Shown here: positions 33,657 through 37,669 of the stretch, in pieces
How positions within the stretch are numbered: position 1 is the first letter of the stretch
Layout: each line of letters opens with the position of its first letter
The notes under the pieces: generated by a model
What the model was told of the DNA's origin: nothing
Databases searched by the model: none
What the model saw: only the letters and a program-made list of their open reading frames with translations
Program-made: the position numbers and the translations under genes
Virus record (IMG/VR): IMGVR_UViG_3300042191_000309
Location: 1-37,669 of that record
Reading direction: 5' to 3' (one strand)
Length of the DNA: 37,669 nt
Source of the DNA: a virus
Lineage: Duplodnaviria > Caudoviricetes

Positions 33657-34528
33657 TCAAGACTCTCGCCCTCTTCGTAACCCTCACCGCCGCCGCCATG
33701 ACAGCCGTCGCCGCATGGGATCGCGGCGGCACCGACATCGACAAGGCGCTGCTGGTAGCCATGTCCGTGGTGATCGTGCTGGCCGTGCACCTGCTCCCTG
33801 CCCTGTCCAGGCGTCCCGTCGCCTGGCTGGTGTGGAGCTGCTGCCTGCTGTGCGCGATCTACGGGCACCTGACCTTCCTCACCCACGCCAGCCTGCGCGC
33901 TGCCGACGCCCGCTCCCAGAACACCGTGCATGCCGTCAGCATCGAGCGCCAGATTGCGACGGCGCGCGAGTCCTTGGCCGAGATCAAAGCGCGGCCGGTT
34001 GCCACGGTGGCGGCAGAGCTGGCTCAGGAAAGCGATAGGCGCGTCCGTGCAGCGCTGCGCACAGAGATTGTCGAGGGTCAGCGTGCGGCGCGCTTGCGCG
34101 ACGATCTGGCGCGTTTGCAGGCAGATTCGACAGTAGTGCAAGTGGCAGGAACAGCAGACCCGGTAGCGGCACGCCTTGCCGTGGTGACCGGCTGGACTGA
34201 GAGCGGTGTATCGGTAGTCATCGGCATGGCGTTCGCGATGCTGCTGGAGCTGATCGGCGCGCTGCTGTGGTTCGAGGCCTTGCGACCGCGCGCCGTGGCG
34301 CAGTCGCTGCCCAGCACCGGACAAGTCGCAGCGGACGATCTGGCGCAGCCAGTCGTTACCGAGGCCGCTACTGATCACGTTACCCAAGTAACGGACGCGA
34401 TCAAGGCCGGTAGGTGCATGCCAACGGTAGCCGGGATCCGCGAGTACCTGAAATGCGGGCAGACCCGCGCGATGGAGATTCGCCGGGTGGTGTCGGAACG
34501 GATGATTGCGGAAGGAGTGGCGGCATGA
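33653..34528 (+). CDS. Membrane protein with coiled coil and C-terminal HTH-like motif
   Basis: Three N-terminal TM segments, coiled coil, fourth TM, PTVAGIREYLKCGQTRAMEIRR. Confidence 0.7.
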   Translation: MIKTLALFVTLTAAAMTAVAAWDRGGTDIDKALLVAMSVVIVLAVHLLPALSRRPVAWLVWSCCLLCAIYGHLTFLTHASLRAADARSQNTVHAVSIERQIATARESLAEIKARPVATVAAELAQESDRRVRAALRTEIVEGQRAARLRDDLARLQADSTVVQVAGTADPVAARLAVVTGWTESGVSVVIGMAFAMLLELIGALLWFEALRPRAVAQSLPSTGQVAADDLAQPVVTEAATDHVTQVTDAIKAGRCMPTVAGIREYLKCGQTRAMEIRRVVSERMIAEGVAA

Positions 34529-34884
34529 GCAAGAAGATTTACCCAGCAGACTTCGCCGCGATGCTCGTCAAGTGCGCCGGCGAGAAGTACCGCCCGAGCA
34601 ACGGCACGGAGGGCGACCTGTTCTTCGCGTCCTGGTGCGCGGAGTGCGAGAGAGACAAGGTACTGTGCAATCAGATCGACTTCGACGATGCGCCAGATGG
34701 TGACCTATGTCCGATCATAGGTCTGTCCTTTCTGCACAACGTGGAAGACGCTGAATACCCGCAAGAGTGGCAGTACGGCAAGGATGGACAGCCGTGCTGC
34801 ACCGCCTTCGTCGCCAAAGGTCAACCCATCCCTCCTGAGCGCTGCAAGCACACGGTGGATATGTTCGAGGCGGTGAAGCCATGA
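34525..34884 (+). CDS. Cys-rich hypothetical protein
   Basis: YRPSNGTEG, WCAEC, CPII, PCCTAF; ATGA overlaps. Confidence 0.75.
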   Translation: MSKKIYPADFAAMLVKCAGEKYRPSNGTEGDLFFASWCAECERDKVLCNQIDFDDAPDGDLCPIIGLSFLHNVEDAEYPQEWQYGKDGQPCCTAFVAKGQPIPPERCKHTVDMFEAVKP

Positions 34885-35273
34885 ACAACATCGCCATCCC
34901 GCTGAACCTGCTTTCCCTGTTCTCCGCCGACCGGCAGGTATACCGCGCCTTCGGATACCTGATCGCGGCGCGCATCGGAACGCTGCTGCTGGTGCCGCCG
35001 CACCTGGTGCTGGGCGACTTGGCCAAGGTGATCGATGGATCTCCGGTACCGGGAGAGGAAGTCTACGCCGTGCTGGAGTATCCGCCCGTCCACCAGCTCA
35101 CCAACCCTGCGGCATGGCCTTCGAGCAACGACCACGTGCAGCAGCTCGAATACCTCGGGATGGATCCTTCCGAATTCGAGATTGACACCATCTCGCCGAT
35201 GGTGCGCGGCCGCGAGAAGGTCCTGCGCCTGGTGCATCCATCCGGCGTGCGGTATGCGGTGGTGATGTCATGA
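34881..35273 (+). CDS. Hypothetical protein
   Basis: ATGA overlaps at both ends. Confidence 0.7.
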   Translation: MNNIAIPLNLLSLFSADRQVYRAFGYLIAARIGTLLLVPPHLVLGDLAKVIDGSPVPGEEVYAVLEYPPVHQLTNPAAWPSSNDHVQQLEYLGMDPSEFEIDTISPMVRGREKVLRLVHPSGVRYAVVMS

Positions 35274-35710
35274 GCACCGTTGGCGTGGCTTTCCTGCAGA
35301 ACATGTGGGTACGAGATCCGGAGCGTGCCAAGGCGCTGATCGAGCGCCACGGAGAGGACTACCGGATCCGCCTGATGCACATGTCGCTGTTCTCCGGCTG
35401 CCTCACCGGCCGGCGCATTAAGGCGGCGTTCGGAGACGAGCTGCTCAAGACAATCTATTTCGAGGAGGCCAGTCGGGAGATCGCCGGAGACTCAAAGACC
35501 ATCTGCGCTCCGGATCCAGACCACATCCGCAAAGTGTTGGAGCAACGCAAGCCGAGCGTGGTGATTACGTTCGGTAGGGTGGCTTTCGATGCCGTATCAC
35601 AACAGTGGAAAGGCGCGTTAATCAGGTGTCCTCACCCAGCTGCGCGGCAGGCTGACACGTTGAGCAAGCTGAATTTGGCGGCATTTGACTACGTGAGGTA
35701 TGTGCTATGA
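35270..35710 (+). CDS. Uracil-DNA-glycosylase-superfamily-like protein
   Basis: VAFLQN, TGRRI, KPSVVITFGRVA and PHPAAR in UDG-fold order. Confidence 0.6.
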   Translation: MSTVGVAFLQNMWVRDPERAKALIERHGEDYRIRLMHMSLFSGCLTGRRIKAAFGDELLKTIYFEEASREIAGDSKTICAPDPDHIRKVLEQRKPSVVITFGRVAFDAVSQQWKGALIRCPHPAARQADTLSKLNLAAFDYVRYVL

Positions 35711-35955
35711 GCAGGCCATCCACCGAACCCGCATTCATACCTGGTCGCTATTTCAGGCAGCCGACACCACCTGAGAAGCGTCCGCTGCGTCAGTTGAATC
35801 CGGTCGAGTTGGAGACGATCGCGCAGACCAAGGCGCTGGTCCACGCGCACATGCCGGAGCTGGTGCCGATCATCAAGGAGCTGCACGAGTGCGGCCTGAT
35901 CGATGGCTGGCGGAACGTCGGCGAAGTCGTTTTATTCAAGGACGGCGCGCAATGA
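35707..35955 (+). CDS. Hypothetical protein
   Basis: Coupled ORF (HMPELVPIIKELHECGLIDGWRNV). Confidence 0.7.
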   Translation: MSRPSTEPAFIPGRYFRQPTPPEKRPLRQLNPVELETIAQTKALVHAHMPELVPIIKELHECGLIDGWRNVGEVVLFKDGAQ

Positions 35956-36200
35956 AGGCAATCGTTGGGGGCGAATCGAAAGGCATGCTGGGTGATCACC
36001 TGTACACCCACTCGTTCCGCCGCGGCCTCGGCCATTTCGTCACCTGGGACAACCCGCCTCCGGCCGGAACTCGGCTGCTGAACGGCAAGGACCAGGTGAC
36101 GGTCGACGAGATCTGCACGGCCGGCATGCTGGCCGTCACCCGCCTGCGCGATACCGTCCAGCTCAAGGTGTTCCCTTGGGAATTGAAGCCTCATCAGTAA
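35952..36200 (+). CDS. Hypothetical protein
   Basis: ATGA overlap, phage codon usage. Confidence 0.65.
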   Translation: MKAIVGGESKGMLGDHLYTHSFRRGLGHFVTWDNPPPAGTRLLNGKDQVTVDEICTAGMLAVTRLRDTVQLKVFPWELKPHQ

Positions 36201-36203
36201 TCC

Positions 36204-36635
36204 ATGCCGCACATCCTCCCCCGCTACATCCGCCACCGCGACGCGCCTGCCTACCTGGGCATGTGCCGCGACGAGTTCGACTCGACGGTGCGGCCGTTCC
36301 TGACCGAGATCCCGGTCGGCGCGCGTGGGGTGGCGTTCGATCGGCTTGACCTCGACGCTTGGGCAACGCATCATAAATCGACCAAGGGCAGGCCGCCCAG
36401 GTATGGAGACCAGCCATGGCAAAGACAAGAACGTCCGGAATCATCCTTTTTCCGGATGGCAGCAGAATCATCAACAAGATCTATCGTGGCGAAAGCATCT
36501 ACCGCCGACTCGGTAAAGTCTCGCAGGACGAAGCCGAACAGCGACTCAAAGAAGAAATCGCAGCAAGAGACGCAACGCGCCAGCGTGTCGGAAACCATCG
36601 ACCTGTGTTTGCAGATGGGGCGGCACGGTACCTGA
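36204..36635 (+). CDS. Excisionase-like HTH protein
   Basis: PRYIRHRDAPAYLGM..VAFDRLDLDAW immediately before int. Confidence 0.7.
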   Translation: MPHILPRYIRHRDAPAYLGMCRDEFDSTVRPFLTEIPVGARGVAFDRLDLDAWATHHKSTKGRPPRYGDQPWQRQERPESSFFRMAAESSTRSIVAKASTADSVKSRRTKPNSDSKKKSQQETQRASVSETIDLCLQMGRHGT

Positions 36636-37669
36636 TCGAGTCCAAGGCTAAGCGCTCTGTCGAGCTGCTGGCGTGGCATGTTCAACTATTACTTCCCTTC
36701 ATCGGCACGCTGTTTCTGGACCACATCCATGATGCAACGCTGGAGCCGTTCAAGGAATCGCGCCGCCTCGATGGCGTAAGCCCCACCACGATCAACCGAA
36801 CGCTCGAAGTAGTCCGCACTATCCTGAACCGCGCAGCGCGTGTATGGCGTGACGAAGACGGGAAGCCGCTTCTGCAGACGGCGCCGCCGCTGCTGACCAT
36901 GGAGCAGGAGAACCCGAATCCACCCTACCCGCTAAGCTGGGAGGAGCAGGACATTCTGTTTCCGGAGTTGCCTTCCCACCTGCAGATGATGGCGCTGTTC
37001 GACGTGAATACCGGCCTGCGTGATGACAACGTGTGCGGCCTGCGCTGGGCATGGGAAAGACCGATACCGGAGGTTGGGCGCAGCGTTTTCCTGATTCCGC
37101 CAGACGACTACAAGACGGACGTGGCGCATGTGGCGATCATGAACGATGCGGCATGGCGAATCATCGAGAGCCAGCGTGCGGTACGTGCGGCGAGACTGGC
37201 AGAGAAAGGCATCACGGATTACTCACCGACGCCAGGTGAAGACACTGAGTTCGACTTCGTCTTCCCATACGATGGGCACCGGGTAGACACCATGAACAAC
37301 TCGGCATGGCAGAAGGCCCGGGTTCGCGCGGCCATGAAGGTGTACACCGGATCCGGCAAGACAATTCCGGAAGAGCTGCTGCAGGCTGGCCAGCGCGGCA
37401 CGCTGATCACCAAAGAGCTGAAGCAGTTCATGAGCGAGGCCATGCCAGGCTTCGCCAATGTCCGGATCCACGATCTGCGGCATACCTATTCCAGCCGCCT
37501 ACGGCTGGCCGGCGTGAGCCAGGAGGACCGCAACGCCCTCATGGGCCACAAGTCCGCCTCGATCCCGGAGCATTACGCCAGCGCCGATATCGGCCGGCTG
37601 ATCAAACTCAGCAACCTGGTGCTCGACCGTCAGGGCACAAGGACGCTGCTGCGGGTGGTAAACGAGTAA
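36416..37669 (+). CDS. int: Tyrosine integrase
   Basis: TGLR, YKT, HDLRHT, LMGH, HY catalytic motifs; SPTTINR core-binding region. Confidence 0.95.
   Translation: MAKTRTSGIILFPDGSRIINKIYRGESIYRRLGKVSQDEAEQRLKEEIAARDATRQRVGNHRPVFADGAARYLIESKAKRSVELLAWHVQLLLPFIGTLFLDHIHDATLEPFKESRRLDGVSPTTINRTLEVVRTILNRAARVWRDEDGKPLLQTAPPLLTMEQENPNPPYPLSWEEQDILFPELPSHLQMMALFDVNTGLRDDNVCGLRWAWERPIPEVGRSVFLIPPDDYKTDVAHVAIMNDAAWRIIESQRAVRAARLAEKGITDYSPTPGEDTEFDFVFPYDGHRVDTMNNSAWQKARVRAAMKVYTGSGKTIPEELLQAGQRGTLITKELKQFMSEAMPGFANVRIHDLRHTYSSRLRLAGVSQEDRNALMGHKSASIPEHYASADIGRLIKLSNLVLDRQGTRTLLRVVNE

Larger units (their letters stand above)
1995..37669. mobile_element. P2-like (phiCTX/RSA1-type) prophage, apparently intact
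   Basis: Full P2 morphogenesis gene order, cos, Ogr, primase-helicase, integrase and tRNA att; att next to cos as in phiCTX. Confidence 0.95.

Overview
The window is a near-complete P2-like (phiCTX/RSA1-type) temperate myophage prophage, about 1995-37669. It is bounded on the left by the 46-bp 3' half of a tRNA-Arg(ACG) (att site) and on the right by its tyrosine integrase; the second att should lie just beyond the window. Gene order: att, iteron-rich putative origin, cos, D12-class N6-adenine methylase with an antisense structured RNA, P2-type head genes (Q P O N M L X), lysis, tail/baseplate (R S V W J I, fibre, FI FII E/E' T U D), secreted thermonuclease, two paralogous repressor-like genes, then a divergent early operon (RHH protein, antirepressor, CII-like, Ogr, primase-helicase, about 16 coupled accessory ORFs, xis, int). 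Left of att are a frameshifted integrase 3' remnant and an intact hipBA module, which points to an older element in tandem at the same tRNA. The most novel-looking signals are: an antirepressor fused to a copy of the replicase C-terminal (putative origin-binding) domain, a diverged repressor duplicate, the antisense RNA at the methylase, and a lysis-cassette protein with an outer-membrane beta-signal-like C-terminus in place of recognisable spanins. All calls come from reading the sequence by eye; no searches were run.
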